From positions 3,744,001-3,808,000 of the forward strand of contig JBKAGP010000001.1 in NCBI GenBank assembly GCA_046290465.1: a stretch of 64,000 nucleotides of DNA, read 5' to 3'. Origin of the DNA: Planctomycetota bacterium. GTDB taxonomy: Bacteria > Planctomycetota > UBA1135 > UBA2386. The translations under genes were made by a program, and so were the position numbers. This document shows positions 38,748-48,926 of this stretch, piece after piece (the first letter of the stretch is position 1; every line of letters begins with the position of its first letter). Under the pieces are notes generated by a model that had not been told where the DNA came from, made no database searches, and saw only the letters and a program-made list of their open reading frames with translations.

Positions 38748-40298
38748 TCAGCGGCCGCTGGTCCGCTTCACGAACGCGACCAGCGTCTGCCGCCACTGCG
38801 GCAGCAGGCTCTGCTCGACGTACATCATGTGCCCGGCGGCGAAGTCGGCCCGCTGCACGTTGTCGCGCAGGTCCTTGGGCAGGTTGAGGTTGTCGAACGT
38901 CCAGACCGCCGCGAAGTAGGGCGTGGCGAGGTCGTAGATGCCGTTGACCAGCAAGACCTCGAGCTTGGGGTTCTGCCGGATCGCGCGCGCCAGGTCGGGC
39001 GCGACGTTGAGCGCGCCGCCGCCGAAGCCGCCCGCGCCGCGATCCCAGTTCCACGGCCGCGCCCGGCCGCTCGGAACGTACTCCCTGTCCCCGTCGTAGC
39101 CGAGGTCGTCGCGCAGGTAGGCGTTGAAGGCCGACGTGTAGGCGCTCTTGATCGCGGTCGACTGCGGATCGTGCGACGGACGGTCGGCCAGCAGGTCGCC
39201 CGAGGGACCGGTGAAGCGCGCATCGAGTCGCCCGACCACCAGGCCGCGGCTGCGCAGCACTTCTTGTTCGTACTGCGACGCGGTCACCCGCAGGTCGGTG
39301 CGATCCAGGTACTGCTTCGAGATGCCGGTGTAGCGGTGCATCTGCTCGAGCACGCGCTGGCGCTGCGCCGGGTCGACCGCGCTGCCGGCGAGGATCGCGG
39401 TCGCGTAGTCGGTGGTCGCCCACGCCTCGACCTCCTTCATGAACGCGCCGAGGTCCTGCGGCCTGCCGCCGGGCAACGCATCGTGGTAGGCCGACGTGAT
39501 CGCGTACGACGGCACGTTGACCACGAACGGCACGATCGTGCCCTCGCCGAACCGGATCGTCTGGAAGTCGAGCACCGACGACACCAGCACGATGCCGTTG
39601 AGGTCGACGTTGTCACGCTGCAGCCGGCCGGCCAGCACCGCCGAACGGGTCGTGCCGTAGCTTTCGCCGAGCAGATAGCGCGGCGCGTTCCACCGCTGGT
39701 AGCGGCTCAGAAAGCGCCGCACGAACTGCGCCAGCGACGCGGCGTCCTCGTCGACGCCCCAGAAGTCCGAGCCCTTGGCGCCACCGACCGGACGACTGAA
39801 CCCGGTGCCGACCGGATCGACCATCACGATGTCGGCGACGTCGAGCAGGCACGCGGCGTTGTCCTCGATCGGATACGGCGCCGCACCCTGCGGGCCGACC
39901 TCGGACGTGACCACGCGACGCGGCCCCATCACCCCCATGTGCAGCCAGAAGCTGGCCGACCCGGGACCGCCGTTGTAGGCGAAGATCAGCGGCCGCTGCC
40001 GGTCGCGCGTGCCGTCGACGGCGTCGCGGAAGTACGCGGTGTACCACAGCTCGGCGGTCGGTTCGTCGGCGTCGTTGCGCAGCGGGATGTGGTCGACGAC
40101 CGACTGGTAGGTGACCTGCTGTCCCTGCAGTTCGATCGTGTGCCGCCTGGTCCAGCCGCCATCGGGAGGTGAGGTCGGAGGCGAGGCGGGCGACGAGGCG
40201 GCCGGCGCGGCCTCGTCCTGCGCATGCAGGACACCGACCAGCAGCAGGGTGACGAGCGTGTGGACGACGACAGGCGTTCGCAGGCGATTCTCGACCAT
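38748..40298 (-). CDS. S10 serine carboxypeptidase
   Basis: NGGPGS, DPVGTGFS, GESYG, AGHMMY. Confidence 0.9.
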   Translation of the reverse strand: MVENRLRTPVVVHTLVTLLLVGVLHAQDEAAPAASSPASPPTSPPDGGWTRRHTIELQGQQVTYQSVVDHIPLRNDADEPTAELWYTAYFRDAVDGTRDRQRPLIFAYNGGPGSASFWLHMGVMGPRRVVTSEVGPQGAAPYPIEDNAACLLDVADIVMVDPVGTGFSRPVGGAKGSDFWGVDEDAASLAQFVRRFLSRYQRWNAPRYLLGESYGTTRSAVLAGRLQRDNVDLNGIVLVSSVLDFQTIRFGEGTIVPFVVNVPSYAITSAYHDALPGGRPQDLGAFMKEVEAWATTDYATAILAGSAVDPAQRQRVLEQMHRYTGISKQYLDRTDLRVTASQYEQEVLRSRGLVVGRLDARFTGPSGDLLADRPSHDPQSTAIKSAYTSAFNAYLRDDLGYDGDREYVPSGRARPWNWDRGAGGFGGGALNVAPDLARAIRQNPKLEVLLVNGIYDLATPYFAAVWTFDNLNLPKDLRDNVQRADFAAGHMMYVEQSLLPQWRQTLVAFVKRTSGR

Positions 40299-40376
40299 GC
40301 CACCATGCTCGGCAGGGATGCGTCGCGACGCCACCGTGACGATGCAACGTGCTTGCAGCAGCGCGTTCGCCGCGGC

Positions 40377-40868
40377 TCAGCTGGTGACCAGCAGGACCGG
40401 CGTCGTGAACGTGAACTGCTGCGACTGCGGCGATACCGCCAGCCCCTGGAACACGAATTGGCTGCCCGGCGGCAGCGAAGCCGGCACCGCGATGCCGAAG
40501 ATCGCCGCGCTGCTGACCGCGCCACCGCAAAGGAAGCCGCCGGCGGGCAGCACGCCACCGAGCAGCACCGGCGCGCCGCCGAGGCCGAGTTGGTTGCCGA
40601 ACCCGGGCAGCGTCTGGCACTGCAGCGTGCCCGACAGACCGAGCAGGTAGGGCGTCTGCGGCACGCCGAACACGTGCGCGCTGACCACGCTGCCGGCGGC
40701 CACCGTCAGGGTCTCCTGCGGCCCCGGCGCGCAGTTGACGGGCACGCACACCGAGCCCGCGGTCGCTGCGAACGGGCCGGTCGAGCTGCGCAGTTCGAGG
40801 CCGACCTCCTGGCACGGCAGGCAGGAAGCGGCGGTCAGGGAAGAGAGCAGGAGCAGCGTTCGGTTCAT
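40377..40868 (-). CDS. Small secreted protein
   Basis: Signal peptide plus a single beta domain. Confidence 0.7.
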   Translation of the reverse strand: MNRTLLLLSSLTAASCLPCQEVGLELRSSTGPFAATAGSVCVPVNCAPGPQETLTVAAGSVVSAHVFGVPQTPYLLGLSGTLQCQTLPGFGNQLGLGGAPVLLGGVLPAGGFLCGGAVSSAAIFGIAVPASLPPGSQFVFQGLAVSPQSQQFTFTTPVLLVTS

Positions 40869-41066
40869 GGATCGCGATCGAAGGGGAGCGGCGGACGCGA
40901 GAGGCGGCGGACGTAGTCCCGGACCATGGCGTGCGTCACGCGACGCAGCGCAATTCCCGTCGCGACATGCGCCCTACGCCGCCGGGCCTCGCCGTGCCCC
41001 CGACCTGCGCCGATCGGCCCCGTTCCAACGGCCGCCGCGTCGTCCTAGCATCCGGCCCCCCCCGGT

Positions 41067-44000
41067 TTGCTCCGTCTCCGTTCGATCCTCGTTGCGACCG
41101 TCGCATGCACTGTCGCGTCTGCGCAGCAGTACCGCGTCCAGTCGTACGTCGACCGCGACGAGGTGCCGTGCACGCAGGCCTACGACGCCGTGCAGGGCCC
41201 GGACGGGCGCATGTGGTTCGCGACGCGGCTCGGCGTGACCGACTACGACGGCGCCCACTGGGGCGTCTCCGAGGGCATCGGACAACCGCAGCGCTACCTC
41301 GGCCTCGACGACGACGGCGGCATCTGGGCGGTCACCAGCTACGCGCCGCTGCACGTCGCGCGCTTCGACGGAACGAGCTGGATCGACCACGGCACCGATA
41401 CGTTCGCGACCGACCCGTTTCCGACCGACCTCGTCGGCGTGAACGCGACCCGCGCCTACATCGGCACGTTCCGGCACGGCGTGGTGATGTTCGACGCCGG
41501 CACCTGGACCACGCTGCCCGACGCCGACGACGGGCCGGTCCACGCCAACGCGCTGGCGCGCGTCGACGGCCAGCTGTTGGTCGGCACGCCCGACGGCCTG
41601 ATCGCCTACGACGAGGGCGACCTGTCGAAGGCGCCGCGGACGATCGCCGGGGCGCGCACCGGCGTGCTCGGGATGGCGCGCGATCGGGGCGCCGTCTGGG
41701 TCGTCGGCAGCGACTGGATCGGCAGGTACGAGAACGGCGAACTGCGACCGATCACGCTCGACCGCGCGGTCGACTTCAACACGACGCGCAACCTCTGCCC
41801 GGTCGTCCCGGACGGCGGCGGCGGCGCGCTGGTGGCCGACGGCCCGACCATCCATCACGTGCGCCACGACGGCCGGCTGACGGCCCTCGACGTCGCGACG
41901 CCCCTGCCGTTCTACGGCTCCAACGGCATGGCGCTGGATCGCGAGCACAACATCTGGCTCACCAGCGACCGCGGCATCTGCAGGCTGACCCGCAGCGAGG
42001 TCCGTTCGTACTCGGCCATCAGCGGCCTGCTCGAGAGCGAGGTCTCGGCGATCTGCCGACGCGGCGACGGCACCATGGTGCTCGGCCACAACGGCGGGAT
42101 CTCGCTGTTCGCGGACCATCGCAGCCGGCCGATCCCGTTCGACGCCCCGCCGGTCCGCGGCCGCGTGCTCGACCTCGAGCCGGGCGACGGCAATGAGGTC
42201 TGGATCGCCGCGTCGTGGCTCGGCCTCGGCCGCCTCGACGAGGACGACCGCTGCACGTTCTGGAAGCCGGACGCGACCGGGCAGGTGCATGCGATCGCGC
42301 GACGCGACGGCGAACTCTGGGTTGCCGGCGACTTCGGCCTGATGCGGTTCGACGGCGAGACGTTCTCGCGGGCGGACGGCGACCCGCCGCTGCTGCACAA
42401 GCGGGCCCGGCGTCTGTCCGGCGACGACGAAGGCAACCTGTGGATGTCGACGTCGCTGCACGGCGTGATCCGCTACGGCCGCGACGGCAAGATCCGCCAG
42501 TGGTCGTCCGACAACGGCATCGAACGCTCGACCTACGGCGTCGCCCACCTGCCGGACGGCCGCACGCTGGTCGCGTCGAGCGGCGGCCTGTTGCAGCTGG
42601 GCGAGCACGGCCTGGAGCCGGCGCCCGAGGCGACCCGCGATCGGCCGGTCTACTTCGTCCTGCCAGGGCAACTGCCGGGCGAGCTGTGGCTCGGCAGCAA
42701 CGCCGGCATCGTGTTCCGCGACGCGAACGGACAGCGGCGGATCTCGCGCAGTGACGGCCTGCTCGGCGACGAGGCCAACCGCGACGGCGCGCTCGACAAC
42801 GGCGACGGACGGCTGTGGGTCGGCACCGACGGCGGACTCAACCTGGTGCCCGGCCCGTTCCTGTCGATCCGCCCCGCTCGCCCGACCGTCGAGATGCTAC
42901 GCGTCGAACACGACGGCAAGCCGGTGCCGCTGGAGGACGGCATCTGGCAGGTGCCGGCGGACCCGGGCGAGACCCGGTGGTACTTCCGCGCGATCTCGTT
43001 CTTCGACGAGGACCGCATCCGCTGCTACTACCAACTCGAGGGCCTGCACGACGACTGGGTCGGCCCCACCAGCCTGCCGACGCGCGAGATCTACTTCGCC
43101 TCGCTGGCGCCGGGCACCTACCGGCTGCGGCTGTTCGTCGAAGGCGCCGACAACCAGCGCAGCGACGAGTTCGTGTCGCGGCCGATGTTCGTGGCCACGC
43201 CGCTGACGCAACGCTGGTGGTTCCTGGCGTTGGCAGGCACCGCGATCCTCGGTCTCGGCGCGCTCGGCTTCCGCGAATACAGCCAGCGCCGCTATGCGCG
43301 GCGGCTCAGCGACGAGGTCGAGCGGCGGACCGAGCAGCTGGCTGCCACGCAGCGACAGCTGGCGCAGGACCGCGAACAGCTCGAACGCACCCTCGACAGC
43401 ATCGGCGACGCGGTGATCGCCACCGACCCGATGTGCGAGGTGTTCTTGTGGAACGACGCCGCGTGCGCGTTGACCGGGATCGACGAACGCGCAGCGCTCG
43501 GCCGCAACCTGCGCGACCTGCTGCCCGAACTCGGCGAGCTGCCCGACGAGGGGCCGTTCGTCTGGGACGACCTCAAGGTGGCTGGGCGCGTGCGCACGTT
43601 CGAAGGGACCGTGGCGCCGCTCGGCACGCTCGGTGCCGGCGCCGTGATCGCGTTCCGCGACGTGACCGATCGGCACCTGCTCGAACGCGAGGTCGCGCAC
43701 CGCCAGCGCCTCGAGTCGCTCGGGCAGCTCGCCGGCGGCATCGCGCACGACTTCAACAACTACCTGACCGTGCTCAACGGCACGCTCGACATGCTCGTCG
43801 ACGAGGCCTCGCTGACGCCGGAGCAACGTTCGCAGGCGAGCGTCGCGCGCTCGACGCTGCGACGCGCGGTCTCGCTGACGCAGCAGCTGCTGACGTTCTC
43901 GCGCGGCGGCACGCCGGTCCGTCGTGCGGTCGACCTCGAGGCGCTGATCCACGACGCGGTCGCGTTCGCGCTGAGCGGCTCGCCGATCGAGGCGAAGGTC

Positions 44001-44804
44001 GCGGTCGCACGAGGTCTGCCGCACGCCGACGTCGACGAGGGGCAGATCGCGCAGGCGCTGCACAACCTGCTGCTCAACGCCCGCCAGATCCTGACCCGCG
44101 GCGGCACCGTGCGCATCGAAGCGCGCGTGCCGGAGCCGCCGCCGACGGACCTCGACGGCGACGACTGGATCGAGCTGCAGGTGTCGGACGACGGCCCCGG
44201 CATGCCGGCCGACGTGCGCGCCAAGGTGTTCGATCCGTTCTTCAGTGCGCGCGAGGGCGGCACCGGGCTCGGGCTGAGCGTGGTGCACTCGATCGTCAAC
44301 CGGCACGGCGGCCGCGCCAGCGTCACGTCCGAGCCCGGCGCCGGCACGACCTTCCGCTTGCTGCTGCCGGCCGCGAGGCAGGCTGCCGCCAGCGAACGCG
44401 CTCCTGCCCCGGTCGCGCCCGAGCGCGCCCGCGTGCTGGTCATGGACGACGACGACAACGTGCGGCGCCTGCTGGTGCGCATGCTCGAGCACATCGGCCA
44501 CGAGTGTGTCGCGACCCGACGCGGCGAGGACGCGGTCGACGAGTACGCCAAGGCGGTCGAGCGTGGTCCGGCGTTCGACGCGGTGCTGCTCGACCTGACG
44601 GTCGTCGGCGGGCTCGGCGGTCGCGCGACGGCCGACCGGTTGCTGCAGCTGGACGGCGACGCGCGCCTGGTCGCGATCAGCGGCTACTCCGACGAAGGCA
44701 CGATGGGCGACTTCGCCAAGGCGGGCTTCTGCGCGGCGCTGGCCAAGCCGTTCGACCGCGAGGGCCTGCGCAGCGTGATCGAGCGCGCCACCAGCGGCGG
44801 TTGA
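41067..44804 (+). CDS. Hybrid sensor histidine kinase (beta-propeller, Y_Y_Y, TM, PAS, HisKA, HATPase, REC)
   Basis: GGIAHDFNN, NLLLNA, DDGPG, GTGLGL, VLVMDDD, LAKPF. Confidence 0.92.
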   Translation: MLRLRSILVATVACTVASAQQYRVQSYVDRDEVPCTQAYDAVQGPDGRMWFATRLGVTDYDGAHWGVSEGIGQPQRYLGLDDDGGIWAVTSYAPLHVARFDGTSWIDHGTDTFATDPFPTDLVGVNATRAYIGTFRHGVVMFDAGTWTTLPDADDGPVHANALARVDGQLLVGTPDGLIAYDEGDLSKAPRTIAGARTGVLGMARDRGAVWVVGSDWIGRYENGELRPITLDRAVDFNTTRNLCPVVPDGGGGALVADGPTIHHVRHDGRLTALDVATPLPFYGSNGMALDREHNIWLTSDRGICRLTRSEVRSYSAISGLLESEVSAICRRGDGTMVLGHNGGISLFADHRSRPIPFDAPPVRGRVLDLEPGDGNEVWIAASWLGLGRLDEDDRCTFWKPDATGQVHAIARRDGELWVAGDFGLMRFDGETFSRADGDPPLLHKRARRLSGDDEGNLWMSTSLHGVIRYGRDGKIRQWSSDNGIERSTYGVAHLPDGRTLVASSGGLLQLGEHGLEPAPEATRDRPVYFVLPGQLPGELWLGSNAGIVFRDANGQRRISRSDGLLGDEANRDGALDNGDGRLWVGTDGGLNLVPGPFLSIRPARPTVEMLRVEHDGKPVPLEDGIWQVPADPGETRWYFRAISFFDEDRIRCYYQLEGLHDDWVGPTSLPTREIYFASLAPGTYRLRLFVEGADNQRSDEFVSRPMFVATPLTQRWWFLALAGTAILGLGALGFREYSQRRYARRLSDEVERRTEQLAATQRQLAQDREQLERTLDSIGDAVIATDPMCEVFLWNDAACALTGIDERAALGRNLRDLLPELGELPDEGPFVWDDLKVAGRVRTFEGTVAPLGTLGAGAVIAFRDVTDRHLLEREVAHRQRLESLGQLAGGIAHDFNNYLTVLNGTLDMLVDEASLTPEQRSQASVARSTLRRAVSLTQQLLTFSRGGTPVRRAVDLEALIHDAVAFALSGSPIEAKVAVARGLPHADVDEGQIAQALHNLLLNARQILTRGGTVRIEARVPEPPPTDLDGDDWIELQVSDDGPGMPADVRAKVFDPFFSAREGGTGLGLSVVHSIVNRHGGRASVTSEPGAGTTFRLLLPAARQAAASERAPAPVAPERARVLVMDDDDNVRRLLVRMLEHIGHECVATRRGEDAVDEYAKAVERGPAFDAVLLDLTVVGGLGGRATADRLLQLDGDARLVAISGYSDEGTMGDFAKAGFCAALAKPFDREGLRSVIERATSGG

Positions 44805-44843
44805 GACGCCACGGCCCCATCGGGCGGGACTTCGATCGCGCGT

Positions 44844-44862
44844 TCGCTATCCTGTTCGCCCC
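44844..44862 (+). promoter_or_regulatory. Putative -10 region TCGCTATCCTGTTCGCCCC
   Basis: TATCCT just upstream of the ABC-F ATG; identical 19-mer at 61813-61831. Confidence 0.55.
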
Positions 44863-44863
44863 G

Positions 44864-46756
44864 ATGACGCTGGTAACGCTCGAGAAGATCACCCGCCGCT
44901 TCGGCGACTTCCCCGTGCTCGACGGGCTGTCGCTGCGCGTCGACGAGGGCGACCGCATCGGCGTGGTCGGCGACAACGGTGCCGGCAAGACCACGATGAT
45001 CCGGATCCTCGCGGGCGTCGACGACTCCGACTCCGGCAGCCGCAACTGCCGCCGCCACCTGCGCATCGCCTACGGCGCACAGATGCCCAAGATGCCCGAG
45101 GGCACGACGATCGAACAGCTGGTGCAGCACGGCACCGGCGAGCACGCGGCGCTCGAGACGCGCATGCGCGAGCTCGAGGCAAGGATGGCCGAAGGCAGCG
45201 ACTCGGCGCTGGCCGCCTATGGCGAGCTGCAGGCGTCGTTCGAGGCCGGCGGCGGCTACGACCGCAAGCACCAGGTCGAGAAGGTGCTGAGCGGCATCGG
45301 CTTCCCCGATGGCGACCTGCACAAGGACGTGTCGGTGCTGAGCGGTGGCGAGAAGTCGCGCGTGCAGCTGGCGATCCTGATGACCACGCCGGCCGACCTG
45401 CTGATCCTCGACGAGCCGACCAACCACCTCGACCTGCAGGGCATCGAGTTCGTCGAGGACTTCGTCAAGCGCTACCCCGGCGCGGTCGTCGTCGTCAGCC
45501 ACGACCGCCGCTTCCTCGACGGCGTCGCCGACGCGATCGTCGAAGTCGCCGACGGCGTCGCGACCCGCTACAAGGGCAACTTCTCCGCCTATCGCAAGCA
45601 GCGCGACCAGGCGCTGCTGGCGCTGCAGCGGCAGTTCAAGAACCAGGCCGAGTTCGTCGCCAAGGAGATGGACTTCATCCGGCGCAACATCGCCGGCCAG
45701 AAGACCGCGCAGGCCAAGGGACGCCTGAAGCGCCTGCAGAGGCTGCAGCTGATCGGCAAGCCCAAGGGCAAGCGCGCCCAGATGCGGCTGACGTTCGGGC
45801 AGACGACGCGCGGCCAGGAGGGCCAGGTCGCGATCGAGGGCGAACACCTGGTGGTGCGCGCCGGCGACAAGCAGCTGATCGACGACGGCGCCCTGCGGAT
45901 CTGGTTCGGCGAGGTCACCGCACTGCTCGGCCGCAACGGCGCCGGCAAGACCACCCTGCTGCGGCTGCTCGCGCGCGACGGCGCGCCGGCCGGCGGCACG
46001 CTCAAGCACGCGCACAACCTGCGCATCGGCTACTTCAGCCAGGAGAAGAACGACCTGCCGCAGTCCGGCACCGTGCTCGACGCGTTGCGCGAGCTCGACC
46101 GCACCATCGACGACGGCACCCTGCGCGACCACCTGGCGATGTTCCTGTTCGTCGGTCACGAGGTCGAGAAGCCGGTGGCGGACCTGTCCGGCGGCGAGAA
46201 GCAGCGGCTGGCGCTGGCGCGCATGACGCGCGCGCAGTTCGACCTGCTGTGCCTGGACGAGCCGACCAACCACCTCGACGTCGCCGGCACCGAAGGTCTC
46301 GAGCAGGCGTTGAAGGAGTTTCCCGGCACCGTCGTGCTGATCACGCACGATCGCCAGCTGGTCGAAGAGGTCGCCGATCGCGTGCTGTGGGTCGAGGCCG
46401 GCGCGGTGCGCAGCTTCGAGCAGGGCCTGGAGCAGTGCCAGCGCGTGCTCGCCGAGGAGCGCTCGGCACTGCGAGCGGCCGAGTCGGCCGCCAAGGAACG
46501 CGCCGCCAGCAAGGCCGCCGAGGCGAACCAGCCGAAGCCGGCGCGCGAGACCGGCAAGATCCGCAACCCGCTGCTGTTCGAACGCCTCGAGAACCGGATC
46601 ATCGAACTCGAGGGCGAGATCGAAGCCGTGCAGGCGGCGATGCTCGAACCGGAGAACTACGGCAGCGCGCAGAAGATGAAGGACCTGCAGGCCGACGAGG
46701 CGAAGCGCAAGCAGGAGCTCGCCGAGGCCTACGAGCAGTGGGAGAACTGGCAGTAG
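44864..46756 (+). CDS. ABC-F family ATPase (Uup/YheS-like)
   Basis: Two ABC domains (GDNGAGKT, GRNGAGKT, LSGGE x2, DEPTNHLD x2), no TM, C-terminal coiled coil. Confidence 0.92.
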   Translation: MTLVTLEKITRRFGDFPVLDGLSLRVDEGDRIGVVGDNGAGKTTMIRILAGVDDSDSGSRNCRRHLRIAYGAQMPKMPEGTTIEQLVQHGTGEHAALETRMRELEARMAEGSDSALAAYGELQASFEAGGGYDRKHQVEKVLSGIGFPDGDLHKDVSVLSGGEKSRVQLAILMTTPADLLILDEPTNHLDLQGIEFVEDFVKRYPGAVVVVSHDRRFLDGVADAIVEVADGVATRYKGNFSAYRKQRDQALLALQRQFKNQAEFVAKEMDFIRRNIAGQKTAQAKGRLKRLQRLQLIGKPKGKRAQMRLTFGQTTRGQEGQVAIEGEHLVVRAGDKQLIDDGALRIWFGEVTALLGRNGAGKTTLLRLLARDGAPAGGTLKHAHNLRIGYFSQEKNDLPQSGTVLDALRELDRTIDDGTLRDHLAMFLFVGHEVEKPVADLSGGEKQRLALARMTRAQFDLLCLDEPTNHLDVAGTEGLEQALKEFPGTVVLITHDRQLVEEVADRVLWVEAGAVRSFEQGLEQCQRVLAEERSALRAAESAAKERAASKAAEANQPKPARETGKIRNPLLFERLENRIIELEGEIEAVQAAMLEPENYGSAQKMKDLQADEAKRKQELAEAYEQWENWQ

Positions 46757-46868
46757 ACGCGGCTCCCGGTCGCCCCCGCGCCCTGGTGCAAGTCCAAGCC
46801 ACGTCCTAGCATCGGATCACTGGCACGCTCGGGTAGGCCAGGACCCGAGGGCGCGTGAGGATGCAAGT

Positions 46869-48866
46869 ATGTGGGAATGGCTGAGCGATCTGTTTGCGAC
46901 CGACGGTTTTCCGGCCCGATGGAACTGCGGTTCCTGGCCGGCCTGGCTGGGCTGGCTGCACATCGTCTCGGACCTGGTGACGTTCGCCGCCTACGTCGCG
47001 ATCCCGATCGTGCTGGGCCTGTTCCTGTGGCGCCGCCAAGACCTGCCGGTGCCGCGCGTCGCATGGCTGTTCGTCGCGTTCGTGTTCACCTGCGGCACCG
47101 TGCACCTGTTCGAGGCGGTGATCTTCTGGTGGCCGGTCTACCCGTGGTCTGGCGTGCTCAAGGCGCTGACGGCGATCATCTCGATCCTGACGGTGCTCGC
47201 ACTGGTGCCGACGATGCGCGCGGCGCTGCGCATACCGGCGTTCTCGGAGGCCACCGCGCGCCTCGCCGCGATCATCTCCGCGTCGTCGGACGCGATCGTC
47301 TCCAAGGACCTCGACGGCCACATCACCAGCTGGAACGACGGCGCCACCAGGCTCTACGGGTTGACCGCCGACGAGATGGTGGGCAAGCACGTGACCGCGC
47401 TGGTGCCCGACGACCTGCACCAGCAGGCGATCGACTACACCCGACGCGTGCGCAACGGCGAACGCATCGCGCCGTTCACGACCGAGCGCCTGCACAAGCA
47501 CGGCTACCGGATCCCGGTGTCGGTGTCGCTGTCCCCGGTGTTCGGGCGCAACGGCACCGTCGTCGGCATCTCCGGCATCACCCGTGACATCCGCGACCAG
47601 CTCGCCCACGAACAGGAGCTCGAGCGCGCCGCCCTGCGGCTCAAGCGCGCCAACCGGCGCCTGCGCGAACTGGCCGACCGCGACCCCCTCACCGGCCTGC
47701 TCAACCGACGCGGCTTCGAGGACGCGCTGGCCGTCGAGGTCGAACGCATCCGCCGCTACGGCACCAGCGCTGCGGTCATCCTGATCGACGTCGACGACTT
47801 CAAGGACATCAACGAGCGACACGGCCACGACACCGGCGACGCGGCGCTGCGCGAGATCGGCGACCGACTCGACGATGCCGCCCGCGAGACCGACCTGGTC
47901 GGGCGGATCGGCGGCGACGAGTTCATGGTGCTCGCTCCGGAGACCCGCATCGGCGGCGCGATGCGGCTGGCCCAACGCCTGCGGGAGGCGATCGCCGCGT
48001 CGACGATGGACGTCGCCTCACCGCCGCTGCAGGTGTCCGTCAGCTGTGGCGTCGAGACGGTCACGCCCGAACGTTCGCAGCTCAAGGACCTGCTCGGCGA
48101 CGCCAGCAACGCGCTGTCGGTCGCCAAGAGCATGGGCAAGAACACGGTCTGCTCGTCGCGCACGCAGCAGGAGCCGGACGAACCCGACGCGCTCGAACTG
48201 CGGGCCCTGACCCAGCCGATCGTCGAACTGGCAACCGGCCGCGAGGTCGCGTGCGAACTACTGATCCGCGGCCCGCGCGGCCCGCTGGAGTCGCCCGACC
48301 GCCTGTTCGCGCTGCACCGCGAGCGCAAGACGCTGACGGCGATGGACTTGGCCTGCCTCGACCGCTGCATCGACACGATCCGGGCCCGCGGCGACAACGC
48401 GCCAACGCACGTCAACGTCTTTCCGTCGACGCTGCTTGAGGCCGACATCGACGAGATCGCCCAGCGCCTGTCGCGCGGCGGCACCGGCTGCCAGGTGTGC
48501 ATCGAGCTCAACGAGTCGATGCTGGTCGGCGACCCGAAGCAGCTGATCGAACGCGTCAAGGTGCTGCGCGATCGGGTCGGCTGCCAGGTCGCACTCGACG
48601 ACGTCGGCTACGGCCGCAGTTCGATCGAAGCGCTGATCGTGCTCGAGCCCGACACGATCAAGATCGACCGTCGCTACGTGCACGGCGTCGCCGACGACCC
48701 GGCGATGCGCCGCCACCTCGAACGGTTGATCCTGGCCGCGCGCGCGCTCGACGCGCGGATCATCGCCGAGGGCCTCGAACGCGGCGAGGACCGCGACGTG
48801 CTGCAGGAACTCGGGGTCGAGTTCGCGCAGGGCTACCTGTTCGGGCGGCCGGCCGCGCGCAACTGA
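46869..48866 (+). CDS. Membrane sensor, PAS, GGDEF, EAL protein with an ethylene-receptor-like N-terminal domain
   Basis: SDLVTFAAYVAIP...FTCGTVH; PAS; RIGGDEF; ELLIR, DDVGYG, KID, EGLE, QGY. Confidence 0.88.
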   Translation: MWEWLSDLFATDGFPARWNCGSWPAWLGWLHIVSDLVTFAAYVAIPIVLGLFLWRRQDLPVPRVAWLFVAFVFTCGTVHLFEAVIFWWPVYPWSGVLKALTAIISILTVLALVPTMRAALRIPAFSEATARLAAIISASSDAIVSKDLDGHITSWNDGATRLYGLTADEMVGKHVTALVPDDLHQQAIDYTRRVRNGERIAPFTTERLHKHGYRIPVSVSLSPVFGRNGTVVGISGITRDIRDQLAHEQELERAALRLKRANRRLRELADRDPLTGLLNRRGFEDALAVEVERIRRYGTSAAVILIDVDDFKDINERHGHDTGDAALREIGDRLDDAARETDLVGRIGGDEFMVLAPETRIGGAMRLAQRLREAIAASTMDVASPPLQVSVSCGVETVTPERSQLKDLLGDASNALSVAKSMGKNTVCSSRTQQEPDEPDALELRALTQPIVELATGREVACELLIRGPRGPLESPDRLFALHRERKTLTAMDLACLDRCIDTIRARGDNAPTHVNVFPSTLLEADIDEIAQRLSRGGTGCQVCIELNESMLVGDPKQLIERVKVLRDRVGCQVALDDVGYGRSSIEALIVLEPDTIKIDRRYVHGVADDPAMRRHLERLILAARALDARIIAEGLERGEDRDVLQELGVEFAQGYLFGRPAARN

Positions 48867-48926
48867 CCCCGGCACACCACGGCGGCACCCAGAACGGGTA
48901 GCCTCGCGCGCCGGAGGAACTGCCCG

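Noticed and set aside
36159..40172. Very long antisense or alternate-frame ORFs (also 26424-29513, 49587-52724, 49433-52834)
   Set aside because: These are shadow ORFs typical of ~70% GC DNA. They are Arg/Ala/Pro-rich, lack motifs and overlap well-supported genes.
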